Assembly (NCBI GenBank): GCA_964358765.1
Contig: CAYHPN010000005.1
Location: forward strand, 13-64,012
Length of the DNA stretch: 64,000 nucleotides
Origin: Candidatus Woesearchaeota archaeon
Lineage (GTDB): Archaea > Nanobdellota > Nanobdellia > Pacearchaeales > GW2011-AR1
Direction: 5' to 3'
A model generated the notes under the pieces. The model saw only the letters and a program-made list of their open reading frames with translations, ran no database searches and was not told the origin of the DNA. The translations under genes and the position numbers were made by a program. Shown here in pieces: positions 10,522 to 20,339 of this stretch. How positions within the stretch are numbered: position 1 is the first letter of the stretch; each line of letters opens with the position of its first letter.

Positions 10522-10710
10522 CTATGCTCTTTTTATCGTGTGAGCAATTACTGCTATGATAAATAATATTACAAATATTATAGCTAACCATTTAGCGATT
10601 GAGAGCGATACTCCTGAAATAACTCCAAAACCTAATAATCCTGCTACTATCGCGATTATTAAAAATATGACTGCCCAAAATAACCAGTTTGATTGACCTT
10701 TATTATTCAT
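10522..10710 (-). CDS. UPF0391/DUF1328-like small membrane protein
   Basis: 62 aa. The LLGFGVISGVSLSIAKWLAIIFVILFII pattern resembles the DUF1328 family. Confidence 0.55.
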   Translation of the reverse strand: MNNKGQSNWLFWAVIFLIIAIVAGLLGFGVISGVSLSIAKWLAIIFVILFIIAVIAHTIKRA

Positions 10711-10795
10711 TTTTTCTTCCTTATTTTGTTAAGACATATCAAGTATATAGATAAGTGCTGTATGAAACCATACGCTTAATCTTTGGAAGTATAAT

Positions 10796-11113
10796 TTAAC
10801 GAGATTTGAACCATCTCTTTATTTCTCTAGATGGTGTGTTTATATATATCGATTCGTAGTTTTTTAATATTCTAGTATCTGTTACAATTTGAATAGGGGA
10901 AGAAAGCTCATTATTTAAAAATTCTTTAATTGAAGATTGAAAATATTTAGAGTTATTTTTTAATATTTTAGTTTTATTTGATAAATCTGGATTTTCTAAT
11001 ATTTGGTTACCTCTATATCTCTTTGTTTTTCGCATTCTTTTTGAGGGTGTATTTTCTTGGCTGTTGATCATTAATTTAGAATTTTTGATCTCCGCAAAAA
11101 TATAATTTTTCAT
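10796..11113 (-). CDS. hypothetical protein
   Basis: ORF track only (105 aa), basic and low complexity. It overlaps the upstream gene end by 38 nt. Confidence 0.3.
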   Translation of the reverse strand: MKNYIFAEIKNSKLMINSQENTPSKRMRKTKRYRGNQILENPDLSNKTKILKNNSKYFQSSIKEFLNNELSSPIQIVTDTRILKNYESIYINTPSREIKRWFKSR

Positions 11114-11522
11114 TAATTATTTTGTCATCTTTCCAGTGCTGAACATTTACGCGATAAATTGTTTTCTTTTCTCCCTCTTTATTTTCTATATTTATTGCCC
11201 ATTCTGTCATTGAAACATTATTGTTTTTCTCTCCATATGTAACTGATTTTATTTCTGCGCTGTTTAATTTTTCTATTTCCTGGAGAAAGATCATTTCTCT
11301 TTTCCTATTATTCTCCTTTCCATTAATTGGAGAATTGCCATTAACTTGTATAACTACTTCTTCTCCATAATATCTTTCAAAGGCCTCCATAATCTTTCCA
11401 TCTTTGATTAAAGTATTCAATTTTTCTACATTAGTTTTTAATTTTGTCATTTTATTTTTATATATTTTGATGGCAAATAAAGTATATAGAACAATGCTGT
11501 ATAAAGCAATACTTCTTATCAA
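11076..11522 (-). CDS. SnoaL/NTF2-like domain protein
   Basis: The pattern LIKDGKIMEAFERYYGEEVV...VQHWKDDKIINEKLYF resembles SnoaL-like polyketide cyclase/NTF2 folds. The start may be the internal Met at 11450. Confidence 0.5.
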   Translation of the reverse strand: MIRSIALYSIVLYTLFAIKIYKNKMTKLKTNVEKLNTLIKDGKIMEAFERYYGEEVVIQVNGNSPINGKENNRKREMIFLQEIEKLNSAEIKSVTYGEKNNNVSMTEWAINIENKEGEKKTIYRVNVQHWKDDKIINEKLYFCGDQKF

Positions 11523-11616
11523 AATAGAACCTCTGGAATATTTGCGGGATTATCAAAACCAATCTATTTTCCAGAAGTCTATTTCTTTATAAAAGATATG
11601 TTTTTCTAATTTTCTT

Positions 11617-11907
11617 TTATACTGCGGTAATATTCTGAATTTCATCCTTTAATTCTCTTCTATCTGCCGTTATTTCATCGTTTCTTGCTCTGTTTTCTGT
11701 CTTATGTTTATCTGCCTCAAATCTTCTATCTTGAGTTAATGCATCATTTTTATTTCGGCTGTTAACTGTTGTTTTATCCTCCATTTCTCTTCTTTCTATT
11801 GTCTCTAAATCATTTTTTATTCTTTTCATGTTTGTCATTTTATTTTTTCCTCCTTTACAATTTGATATATTTCTCAAAGTATATATCTTAGTGCAGTAGT
11901 CAATCAT
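11617..11907 (-). CDS. hypothetical charged protein
   Basis: ORF track (96 aa), Arg/Asp/Glu-rich. The start is uncertain. Confidence 0.4.
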   Translation of the reverse strand: MIDYCTKIYTLRNISNCKGGKNKMTNMKRIKNDLETIERREMEDKTTVNSRNKNDALTQDRRFEADKHKTENRARNDEITADRRELKDEIQNITAV

Positions 11908-11923
11908 ACATAAAATTGAAAAA

Positions 11924-12679
11924 TTAAACGATTTTTTGGGAATGATCCCAAATAATGGTATAAAGATCTAGATATTCTTTTGCAACGATGTTATTCTCTA
12001 TAACTATTGTGTGGATTGGCGCTATCCAAATAATAATATAAACAAAATCGCCACAGACAATTTGAGTTAACTGGGCTGTGTCTGACTGCTGATTTTTTGG
12101 CAGAAGCCTTGCTTGAGTGTATTTTAAATTTCCAAGGGTTTTAATTTCTTCATGAGGAAATTTATAAAAAAGCAATTTAATGTCGATATGTCTTTTTATT
12201 CTTTCAATATGAAAAGAATGCATTATCCTATCATTAAGAAGATTTATAATATTCTCATTTTCTGCAAGACCATAGATCCAAATCTCAGACTTTTTTTCTA
12301 GTAGGCTAAATATAATGCTTTTAATTGCATTTAATCCTTCTAATGTATACACTTTAGGAATTTGGCCTGAAACATAAGTAGTTTTTATAAAATCCATTGC
12401 TGTTTTAAGATTTTCTAATTTTTCCTTTTCTTCATTAATAATCAAATCTGTAGAAAGAGCGACAAATACTTGTTTTCCATCTTTGTTTGATAGATAAACC
12501 AGGTTTCTTTCTTTGAGTTTTGTCAGAGTATCATACACATTTGCTCTGTGCATTTTGGTTCTTTTTGAAACTTGTGTCGCAGAAGATTCTTTATTTTTTA
12601 GAAGGTCCAGGTAAACAAGAGTCTGCATTTTAGGAATTCCTATAGATTCAAATGCTTTTAATATTACTTCATCAGCCAC
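11924..12679 (-). CDS. TrmB-family transcriptional regulator
   Basis: N-terminal wHTH (GIPKMQTLVYLDLLKNKESSATQVSKRTKMHRANVYDTLTKLKERNLV) typical of archaeal TrmB. 251 aa. Confidence 0.75.
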   Translation of the reverse strand: MADEVILKAFESIGIPKMQTLVYLDLLKNKESSATQVSKRTKMHRANVYDTLTKLKERNLVYLSNKDGKQVFVALSTDLIINEEKEKLENLKTAMDFIKTTYVSGQIPKVYTLEGLNAIKSIIFSLLEKKSEIWIYGLAENENIINLLNDRIMHSFHIERIKRHIDIKLLFYKFPHEEIKTLGNLKYTQARLLPKNQQSDTAQLTQIVCGDFVYIIIWIAPIHTIVIENNIVAKEYLDLYTIIWDHSQKIV

Positions 12680-12807
12680 TATTTGATTAGGGTCAGCTCG
12701 TATATAATTTTATGTATTTTTTAAGAATTTACTTGTTCTTGATGATGTAGAATTTATTACTCTTTAAGATGACAAGGTTTTAAATAATAAAAATTATTGG
12801 ATTTTTT

Positions 12808-13206
12808 ATGAGTTTAACTAGAAGATTAATGATTGGAACTTTATTATTTGCTGGTGCTTATTATTTAACGAATAATGTTTATGCTAATCCCATTGGTATT
12901 GGTGTTGAAGTTGACGATCATAAACCAACATGTGAAGAACAACTTAGTGAAGCTAGGCAATCATCTGATTTTTATGAAAAATTATATGGGGAGGAGGTCA
13001 TTGCATCTGACGCGAGATATAACAAAATGTTAACTGAGAAAGATAGTCAATTAAGACGTGCATATGGAATTGGAGCACTTGGTGTTATGGCTATAGGTTT
13101 AATATGCTTTCAACTTGGATGTAATGGAAGAAATTCTGAAGATCGAATAGAACCATTAGAAAATTCTACCGATGAAACAGTGTATCTGTTAGAACCGAAG
13201 GATTAA
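12808..13206 (+). CDS. hypothetical membrane-anchored protein
   Basis: ORF track (132 aa). N-terminal signal/anchor LMIGTLLFAGAYYL and a second TM GIGALGVMAIGLICF. Confidence 0.5.
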   Translation: MSLTRRLMIGTLLFAGAYYLTNNVYANPIGIGVEVDDHKPTCEEQLSEARQSSDFYEKLYGEEVIASDARYNKMLTEKDSQLRRAYGIGALGVMAIGLICFQLGCNGRNSEDRIEPLENSTDETVYLLEPKD

Positions 13207-13212
13207 ATTTAA

Positions 13213-15486
13213 TTAAAAGTTTTCTGCTTCTTTATTTAACCATTCAATAAATTTAGGAAGGACACGATCTGAAAGAGGGAGGCCGAACTCTGAACGAATA
13301 TCTTCACTGATTTTGTGGAAAGCATTGTTTGCTAAGGCATTAAATTCTGCTTCCATAATCGCGGGTTTGTTTAACTCTAGGGATTTGTTTACTATTTCTT
13401 CTTTTATCTTTCCTCTAAGAATTATGTTATCAAAGACGGCATCCCAGTTGCCTGCCCAGCCTTTTACATTTGAAGCAATGCTTTTTATAATTTCTGAATC
13501 TCCATTAATTAATTCTTGGGTTGGCTCCAAACAATCTGTTTCTACATTATAACGCATTAAGTCAACAAAACCTTTTTCTCGGATGGGATCACTAACCCAG
13601 TGTTTTCTTATTTCAGTAATTTGGACTACTCTTTTTTTTGTGTGAAGACCATCTGGAGTTTTAATGGGATTAGTTACGACTATTATGTCAGTTGCTTTAA
13701 AAGATGTGGGCGGGACATTAAGGTCATTTACTACTCTATCAAAAACTCCATAAGGGGAGTCTCCATGGATTGTACCTGCGACTACATTTGCCAATGCTCC
13801 AATACGCATTGCTTCATAGAGTGCTTTTGCTTCTTCAGAACGAACTTCTCCAACAATTAAAGCTGAATCTCCTAGACGAAGAGAAGTTCTAATTCCTTCT
13901 GCAGCCGAGACTTCATTTGTTCCTTGGACAAGAGCTGAACGAACTTTCATTCTTAAAATGTCATATCCAATTTTCCTCATTGCATCTACATTTAATTCTA
14001 GAGTGTCTTCAACAACAATAACTCTGTATTTTGGCATTATTTCTAAAAGCAGGGAACCTAATAGGGAAGTTTTACCTGCTGAACGGGTGCCTGCGACTAG
14101 GAGTGTTCTTGAATTATCTATTAGAAAGCTTAAGAGGCCTGCTGCGAATGAATTAATCATTTTTTTATGTACGAATAAAGGTAAAGTCCAGGGTTTATCT
14201 CTATGCCTGCGAAATGCATATGCTAAACCACTGGGAGAGAGAGGTTCAATAATTGCGGCAACTCTAGCTCTTGAGTTTTCAAAAGTTAGATCAGTATCCA
14301 GGATGGGGTTTGCTTCATCTAGAGGACGAGCGGATTGCAGACGCAATTTAGCTGCCCAGGAGTTTGCATCTTCAAAACTTGGGATTATATTTGTAATGCA
14401 TTCCTCAAATTTTTCATGTCTTACAAAAATGGGATTTAATGAAATTGGGGCATTAAGCACAATATCCTGCAAACGATCATCAGAAAGGAGAATTTCTATG
14501 AGTCCGAAACCTATTGTGTGCCGGACAAGAATTTTTGCAAGACGATTTAACTCTCTATGGGAGAGATTAATTTTTTTGTTGTTAGCTAATTCACTAACCA
14601 TGTCTCTTGCAATATTGAAAAATACCTGTCTAGTTCTAGAGGGGTCAGTTAATTCTCCGGCTTTAGGTCGATGCTCTGAAAGAACATTTCTTGCAAGGTT
14701 TAAAAGATAATGGTGCTCCTCGCTTAAAACATATTCTGGAGGCATAATATGGTAAAAATATTTTGAGTCGTTTTTTCTTTTTAAGATAGTTACTAGTATT
14801 TTCTCGAAATCAGATTCTATTTCGTATTCATCTATGAATTCTGCATCTTTAGGAAGCTGGGCTGATAATCGAGTAAACGTAAAATTAGGAAGGATTTCTG
14901 GACGGAAAATAAAATCATAAATCTGTCTTTTTTTTGAATAGTATTCTGGAATGATTGAAAGATTATTTTTAATTATTGAAGTGGATTCCAGCAGAGAAGA
15001 AATTCTATCAAGAGCACGGATGTAATTAGTGAGTGCAGATTTATTTTGAGAAACATTCGTGTCTAGTTGATCCCTTAGGTTTTTAGTATGGGACTTTAAT
15101 TCAAGAAAACAGGCAATTGGATCTGATTTTAGTAATTCTATAATATATTGCAAGTCTTCGTAAATTCCCGGAACATTTCCAAATAATTGCAACTTTTTAT
15201 GAGAGAGAATTTCCTCTTGCTTCATAAGAAAATTATAAATTCTGGAAATTTCTGCAAGCAAGAGAATTTGTTCTGTAGGATATGCATAATTTCTTTGCTG
15301 AACAAAAACTATTCTAGAGACTTGAGGGTTTTCAATTAAGAGATCTACTACTCTAGACATGATTTGTGAATTCTCTGAAATAGAAGGCACTATCGGAGCT
15401 CCTATTGCATTAATGTAGAGAACATCTTCTCCTTGTTCACGGCCTATTTCAGTTGCGAATGGTGCTGAACCTTGTTTGAATAACAT
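13213..15486 (-). CDS. type II/IV secretion-system ATPase (archaeal FlaI/PilB/GspE-like)
   Basis: Walker A LLVAGTRSAGKTS. Walker B/Asp box RVIVVEDTLEL. His box GTIHGDSP. 757 aa with a long N-terminal domain. Confidence 0.88.
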   Translation of the reverse strand: MLFKQGSAPFATEIGREQGEDVLYINAIGAPIVPSISENSQIMSRVVDLLIENPQVSRIVFVQQRNYAYPTEQILLLAEISRIYNFLMKQEEILSHKKLQLFGNVPGIYEDLQYIIELLKSDPIACFLELKSHTKNLRDQLDTNVSQNKSALTNYIRALDRISSLLESTSIIKNNLSIIPEYYSKKRQIYDFIFRPEILPNFTFTRLSAQLPKDAEFIDEYEIESDFEKILVTILKRKNDSKYFYHIMPPEYVLSEEHHYLLNLARNVLSEHRPKAGELTDPSRTRQVFFNIARDMVSELANNKKINLSHRELNRLAKILVRHTIGFGLIEILLSDDRLQDIVLNAPISLNPIFVRHEKFEECITNIIPSFEDANSWAAKLRLQSARPLDEANPILDTDLTFENSRARVAAIIEPLSPSGLAYAFRRHRDKPWTLPLFVHKKMINSFAAGLLSFLIDNSRTLLVAGTRSAGKTSLLGSLLLEIMPKYRVIVVEDTLELNVDAMRKIGYDILRMKVRSALVQGTNEVSAAEGIRTSLRLGDSALIVGEVRSEEAKALYEAMRIGALANVVAGTIHGDSPYGVFDRVVNDLNVPPTSFKATDIIVVTNPIKTPDGLHTKKRVVQITEIRKHWVSDPIREKGFVDLMRYNVETDCLEPTQELINGDSEIIKSIASNVKGWAGNWDAVFDNIILRGKIKEEIVNKSLELNKPAIMEAEFNALANNAFHKISEDIRSEFGLPLSDRVLPKFIEWLNKEAENF

Positions 15487-15530
15487 TTTTTACCCTTTAT
15501 ATATAAAGTGTTTATACTTTATAAAATCAT

Positions 15531-15625
15531 AGTTGTTTTGTTTGAAGTAAATTCGTCCAAAACATTAATTTAGCAAATAGAATATTTGACTAAATTATCA
15601 TATGCACATTAACACATTAATCTTT
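15531..15625 (+). repeat. structured intergenic repeat, copy D (3' part degenerate)
   Basis: It aligns with 54194-54304, 54358-54452 and the reverse complement of 19174-19292. It retains hairpin 1 (TGTTTTG/CAAAACA) and hairpin 2 (AATTTAG/CTAAATT). Confidence 0.6.
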
Positions 15626-15720
15626 TTTTATAATTGTTTACATAAAAATAAGATTATATAGTTTTTGATGATTAGAATTATGAGAATAAATTTTAAATAG
15701 GGACTTTATAATGTTTAATT

Positions 15721-16296
15721 ATGGGAAGAGAAGCATATATAATTCCAGGCTATGGTATGGCTGGAAGGTCAAGGCCAATAATTAAAATCGCAGATTATTT
15801 TAAAAAAAATAGATTCGAATCATTTAGATTAAATATAAATTGGAAATATAATACTATGTCCGATTATTTAAAACAATTTAATGATTTTTATAAGGAAAAA
15901 CACATTGCGGGAAATGAAGTTATTCTTTTTGGATTTTCTTGGGGGGCTATGATTTCCTTATTATCGGCTCGAGAGATTAAACCAAAATCGCAAATACTTT
16001 GCTCATTATCTCCATATTTTAAGGAGGATTTATCTGACTTGCCCAAAATTTCTTACAAGTTTATGGGAAAAAAAAGATTTGACGATTTTAAGAAAATTTC
16101 ATTAGATGAAACTGCAAGAAATATAAAGACTAAAACAATTTTAGTTGTGGGGAGTGAGGAAGGAGAAATTTTACAAAAAAGAGTGAGGGGTGCTAATAAT
16201 AAAATATGTTCTGAATTGATTGTTGTTAAAGGTGCTAATCATAATTTGGATAAATTATATTTAGGCACTTTGGAAAAAATAATTAAGAGTATATAA
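15721..16296 (+). CDS. alpha/beta-hydrolase fold protein
   Basis: GxSxG nucleophile elbow (LFGFSWGAM) and a C-terminal His (GANHNL). 191 aa. Confidence 0.65.
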   Translation: MGREAYIIPGYGMAGRSRPIIKIADYFKKNRFESFRLNINWKYNTMSDYLKQFNDFYKEKHIAGNEVILFGFSWGAMISLLSAREIKPKSQILCSLSPYFKEDLSDLPKISYKFMGKKRFDDFKKISLDETARNIKTKTILVVGSEEGEILQKRVRGANNKICSELIVVKGANHNLDKLYLGTLEKIIKSI

Positions 16297-16342
16297 AAAT
16301 TAAATAGGAAACTATTTTAAACTACCGTGCTTGATATAATTT

Positions 16343-16660
16343 ATGGTGGAACAAGGTGAACAAGGGGATTATTATGGACAGGTATTTGGAGATTTAAATG
16401 CAAGAATAAGAGATTTGGAAGAAAAACAAAGGCTTCTTAAAGATAGGATGGTTTTAATAAGCGACAGTTTTGTGAAAGAAAGAAATAAAAACTTTGATGA
16501 ATTAGAAGAGATGAAAAAGACTGTTGAAAGAATAAATGATGAGAATCAAAGACTTAAAGATATATTATTCAGAATTGGGGGGATGCTTGATAAGAGTGCT
16601 AGGAAGGAAGAACTAATGATCATACAGAGGCAGTTTGATTTAATGAGGGGAATAAAGTAA
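16343..16660 (+). CDS. coiled-coil hypothetical protein
   Basis: ORF track (105 aa). Heptad-like, Glu/Lys/Arg-rich. Confidence 0.5.
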   Translation: MVEQGEQGDYYGQVFGDLNARIRDLEEKQRLLKDRMVLISDSFVKERNKNFDELEEMKKTVERINDENQRLKDILFRIGGMLDKSARKEELMIIQRQFDLMRGIK

Positions 16661-16681
16661 ACAAAAAGCAGAGGATACAAA

Positions 16682-17434
16682 ATGAGTGATAATTCAGAAC
16701 AAGACACAATAAAAAAAGCAGTAAGCGAAGGAAATGAACAAGTTGAAGGAGAAGAAGTTTTTGTTCCAACGCCTGGAAGTGGAAGCATGTTTAGTGGAAC
16801 AAATGTTAGGGAACAAAGTTATACGAATGAAAGCATGAGGCCTTCTATTATGGAAAGTGAAGGGAGTTTAATGCAGAATACTGGCGAGCAACAGACTCAA
16901 GAGGCGGGAGAGAGCGAGTCTATAGATTATAATCAGCAACCATATGATTATGGGCAGGCATCACAACAAGGAGAATATGCAAACCAAGGACAACAAACTC
17001 AAGATTATTCGCAGCAACAGTATTCAGGAGGGTATGGTCAAGCAGATTACGGTGTTGGACAATATCAACCTTATCAAGAAGCAATGAGTTCGGATATAAT
17101 AACGGAGATTTCTGAACAAGTTGTCGAAGATAAATTATCTGGAATGAGAGAAAAAATGGAGAAGGCAATTAATTTTGGAAATATTGCAGAGAGCAGAATA
17201 ATGGCAGTGGATAAGAGATTAAAAAGAATTGAGCAGATAATTGATACATTACAGATTTCGTTATTGCAGAGAGTGAGCGAGTATGTTACAGATATTAAAG
17301 ATATAAAAAATGAAATTGAGGAGACACATAAGACTATGAAGGGCGGACATCATCAGGTTCATCATACTGGACAATCGGCTCATCATACGACACATCATTC
17401 TATGAATCATAAGGGTAAGAAGCATACTCCTTAA
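16682..17434 (+). CDS. Gln/Tyr-rich low-complexity protein with coiled-coil and His-rich tail
   Basis: ORF track (250 aa). Q/Y/G-rich centre (QQPYDYGQASQQGEYANQGQQTQDYSQQQYSGGYGQADYG). C-terminal HHQVHHTGQSAHHTTHHSMNHKGKKH. Confidence 0.55.
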   Translation: MSDNSEQDTIKKAVSEGNEQVEGEEVFVPTPGSGSMFSGTNVREQSYTNESMRPSIMESEGSLMQNTGEQQTQEAGESESIDYNQQPYDYGQASQQGEYANQGQQTQDYSQQQYSGGYGQADYGVGQYQPYQEAMSSDIITEISEQVVEDKLSGMREKMEKAINFGNIAESRIMAVDKRLKRIEQIIDTLQISLLQRVSEYVTDIKDIKNEIEETHKTMKGGHHQVHHTGQSAHHTTHHSMNHKGKKHTP

Positions 17435-17569
17435 TTAGTTTGCAGATCAAACTTAATAAGGATAATACTCTATTGGAAATTAGGGAGATAAAAAGTATAT
17501 TTAGTCATTTGAGAGATTCTTATTATACTGTAATCTTTTATAATATCTGAATAGTCTGAAGTAATTATC

Positions 17570-17947
17570 ATGAGAAAATCTTTTAGTGATAACTATAAGG
17601 GAATTGGAAAGCAACTAGAAGAAGAAATGGGTTATAATTTGAGGGAGAGGATAAATATATATGCCGGAGCATCTATGGGAATTGTTGCTCCAATTATTTT
17701 AGGAAGATTGTCTATTGCATATACTGGATTAAAATGCAATACTTTTACTGATGAAGCTCTGGCATGGGGGGCGAGTTTAGTAGCTAATATTGGATGTACT
17801 GTTTTAGATTTTAAATATGGGTGTGGTTTTAAAAATCCGCTAGTAATTTCAACAATGGTTGGAACTATTATTGGTGGATTACGTGCAGAGAGTTTAAAGA
17901 ATAAAAGAGTTAAAAGAGAAAATATGAAAGGGTTAGAAGATATATGA
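17570..17947 (+). CDS. hypothetical membrane protein
   Basis: ORF track (125 aa) with hydrophobic segments. Confidence 0.45.
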   Translation: MRKSFSDNYKGIGKQLEEEMGYNLRERINIYAGASMGIVAPIILGRLSIAYTGLKCNTFTDEALAWGASLVANIGCTVLDFKYGCGFKNPLVISTMVGTIIGGLRAESLKNKRVKRENMKGLEDI

Positions 17948-17948
17948 T

Positions 17949-18467
17949 TTACTTGGTTTTAACCAAGACCCAGGTGACAGCCACTGAGATTATTATTAAA
18001 ACAACTGCACCGCCTACTCTCGGAGTATACAACCAATCAAAGAAGGTAATTGCATTTGGATCTACATTATTTCCATAATCTGCACCAGGTAAATATCCGC
18101 TTATGTAATGGGAAAAAATAAGGAAACCCGCGATTAAGAAAATAATTGCGAACAAGATAATAAATGCTAGAGATATTCCTCTGTTGAAAGATTCTGGGGC
18201 TTTTCCTCCAACTATTCCTGTAATCATTAATAAAAATATTAATGAGAGAATTAAAATTGCGAACCATGGTACTATGGTTTGAACATAAGTGCGTGCTCCG
18301 GCAACTGAAATGAAAATAGAAGCAATTAAGAAAGAAGTGAAAATAATTACCCATTTGTTATCGCCTAAAATTTTTGTCTTAAGTAAAACTGCATAAAGCA
18401 CTACGAATACTATTAGAAATGTTGCTATTGGTGCGAAATATGTTATTGCTGAAATATCTGCCGGCAT
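17949..18467 (-). CDS. membrane protein, paralogue 1 of 3
   Basis: Shares the N-terminal pattern (I/V)xxFL(I/L)xFxxxxxxLxK(T/S)KI(L/F)G(D/E) with 18471-19025 and 19347-19880. Confidence 0.6.
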   Translation of the reverse strand: MPADISAITYFAPIATFLIVFVVLYAVLLKTKILGDNKWVIIFTSFLIASIFISVAGARTYVQTIVPWFAILILSLIFLLMITGIVGGKAPESFNRGISLAFIILFAIIFLIAGFLIFSHYISGYLPGADYGNNVDPNAITFFDWLYTPRVGGAVVLIIISVAVTWVLVKTK

Positions 18468-18470
18468 TTT

Positions 18471-19025
18471 TTATTTTATCTTTCCTGGAGCTGCGCCCCA
18501 AAGAGGGACTAGACCTTTAGATTTATCGCCTGAAGTATGTCCTCCTGAAACTATTGCGACAATAACTCCTATGAGAATGGCAATCATTACAACCCATCCT
18601 ATGAGCTGAGATGTATCAAAACTTCCCGCCATACCAAAATAACTTAGTGCATTGAATGTTTGAACTGAAATTATTATGAATATTAAACCTCCTAAAGAAA
18701 ATAGAATCCATCCAACTGTTGAGATAGATTGGTCTGGAATAAACATTCCAATTAATACTATTGCTGCAACAAGAATTGTTAAACCAACTGCTAGACGAGG
18801 AGATATTTCAGTAAGGAAATTTGAATAAAAGTCTAAACGAATAGAAAGCAGACCAAGGACAAGAGCTACAACGACTCTAGAAGCTTTTCCATTTTCTCCA
18901 AATATTTTTGTATATTCTAAAATTCCCCAGACTATTGCAAACATTAAAAGGAAAGGAAGGATATAAACAAAAAAACCTAAATCCTCTAATTGAAATAATA
19001 CATCAAGTATACTGCCCATTGCCAT
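18471..19025 (-). CDS. membrane protein, paralogue 2 of 3
   Basis: ILPFLLMFAIVWGILEYTKIFGENGK matches ILPFVLIFTIVFAVLQKSKIFGDGKK in 19347-19880. Polytopic. Confidence 0.6.
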   Translation of the reverse strand: MAMGSILDVLFQLEDLGFFVYILPFLLMFAIVWGILEYTKIFGENGKASRVVVALVLGLLSIRLDFYSNFLTEISPRLAVGLTILVAAIVLIGMFIPDQSISTVGWILFSLGGLIFIIISVQTFNALSYFGMAGSFDTSQLIGWVVMIAILIGVIVAIVSGGHTSGDKSKGLVPLWGAAPGKIK

Positions 19026-19173
19026 TATAAACCAAAGGAAATTTTATTTATAAAGATTTGCTTTTATAATTTTTTTTAATACTCGTTAAAATTCTCAAAC
19101 TTTAGCTAGAGTTTTTTATTGTTCGAATTTTCTCGGTAGTCACAAAACCCCCATGGTTTTATGACATTTTAAG

Positions 19174-19292
19174 ATAATGTCCTTTCAGGGCAGAGTGCTA
19201 AAGCACAGTTAGTAATTCATTCGAAAGCAAGTTTCTCATGAATTCTATTTTGGTCAAATTCACTTTGAACAAAATAACTATATTTCCATAGG
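19174..19292 (-). repeat. structured intergenic repeat, copy C (inverted orientation)
   Basis: The reverse complement aligns along its full length with 54344-54452. All four hairpins are present (TATTTTG/CAAAATA, GAATTCAT/ATGAATT, GTGC/GCAC, CC..GG). Confidence 0.7.
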
Positions 19293-19346
19293 AAATTATT
19301 TTCTTTATAATTTACTACATTTTAAAAAAAGAGGAATTAAAAATTA

Positions 19347-19880
19347 TTAATCTTTCTTTGAAGATTTAGTTTTACTGCTTGAAACTGTAACTGCAACTAT
19401 TGCCCCCACTATAATGGCAATGAAAATGATATTCATTAAAAGATTTGAATCTTCAGAAATGAAAAGCCAGTCATTTAGAGTTTGCCAAAAGTCAGTAACT
19501 ATAACTACTGCAATTATTACTGCTAAGACAGAACCTACAATTAAAACCCATTTAAGCCAGTTAGGAAAAGTCTTGAAAAATTCTCCTTCTGCTGAGAATG
19601 AACCTAAAAGAATTAGCAAAACTAGAATTATTACTAACGAGACAGCAAGGAAAGGGATTAACTGCAAAATAATTCCTGTTGCATTTCCAAAAGAAATTAC
19701 TATGAGTCCGAAAATTAAAGCGACTATAGCATCAATTTGTTTTTTTCCATCTCCAAAAATTTTAGACTTCTGCAACACTGCAAATACTATTGTGAATATT
19801 AATACGAATGGAAGGATAGTACCAACAAAAATTGGATGTGAAAGTATTGTCGGACCTCCTGCTGAAAAACTTCTCACCAT
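19347..19880 (-). CDS. membrane protein, paralogue 3 of 3
   Basis: See 18471-19025. 177 aa, polytopic, Lys/Ser-rich tail. Confidence 0.6.
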   Translation of the reverse strand: MVRSFSAGGPTILSHPIFVGTILPFVLIFTIVFAVLQKSKIFGDGKKQIDAIVALIFGLIVISFGNATGIILQLIPFLAVSLVIILVLLILLGSFSAEGEFFKTFPNWLKWVLIVGSVLAVIIAVVIVTDFWQTLNDWLFISEDSNLLMNIIFIAIIVGAIVAVTVSSSKTKSSKKD

Positions 19881-19968
19881 TTATTAAACAATAACTGGGA
19901 TTATTTAAAGCTTTTTAGTAATTGGTTAAGGTAAAAATTGATTTAGATTAAAAAAGGAAAAGAATTAA

Positions 19969-20274
19969 TTAAAATTCTTCTAAATTTTGAGGAGAGGGAG
20001 AGGGTGCAGACATGTCATCCATTTCATCCCTAATTGGGAGAGAACCTTTATTGACTATAATAACTTCACCAATTGCTTTAACAAATTGATGAGGAATAAC
20101 AACGCCTCTAGCTCCACCAAACATTGATAAGAAAGAGGAGCCGATTTTGACTTTCCAACCTTCAATTTTATTATCAGTAAGATTTACTTCTTCAACTTGG
20201 CCAAAATAATCTCCTTCAGAAGTGTATACATGTTTTCCAACAATCTCAGTAATCTTTTTTATCTTTAACATCAT
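19969..20274 (-). CDS. PRC-barrel domain protein
   Basis: VGKHVYTSEGDYFGQVEEVNLTDNKIEGWKV is typical of archaeal PRC-barrel proteins. 101 aa. Confidence 0.65.
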   Translation of the reverse strand: MMLKIKKITEIVGKHVYTSEGDYFGQVEEVNLTDNKIEGWKVKIGSSFLSMFGGARGVVIPHQFVKAIGEVIIVNKGSLPIRDEMDDMSAPSPSPQNLEEF

Positions 20275-20339
20275 TATTTTTGAAACTTTGAGTATTTATA
20301 CTTTATGCTTATATAAAATATTTGTTTTTTGTTACTTTT

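Noticed and set aside
13958-14710. 250-aa plus-strand ORF
   Set aside because: It lies entirely antisense to the FlaI/PilB-type ATPase gene, which has clear Walker motifs. Its Ser/Arg/Leu-rich composition is typical of a shadow ORF.
19414-19887. 157-aa plus-strand ORF
   Set aside because: It is antisense to membrane-protein paralogue 3, whose family resemblance supports the minus-strand frame.
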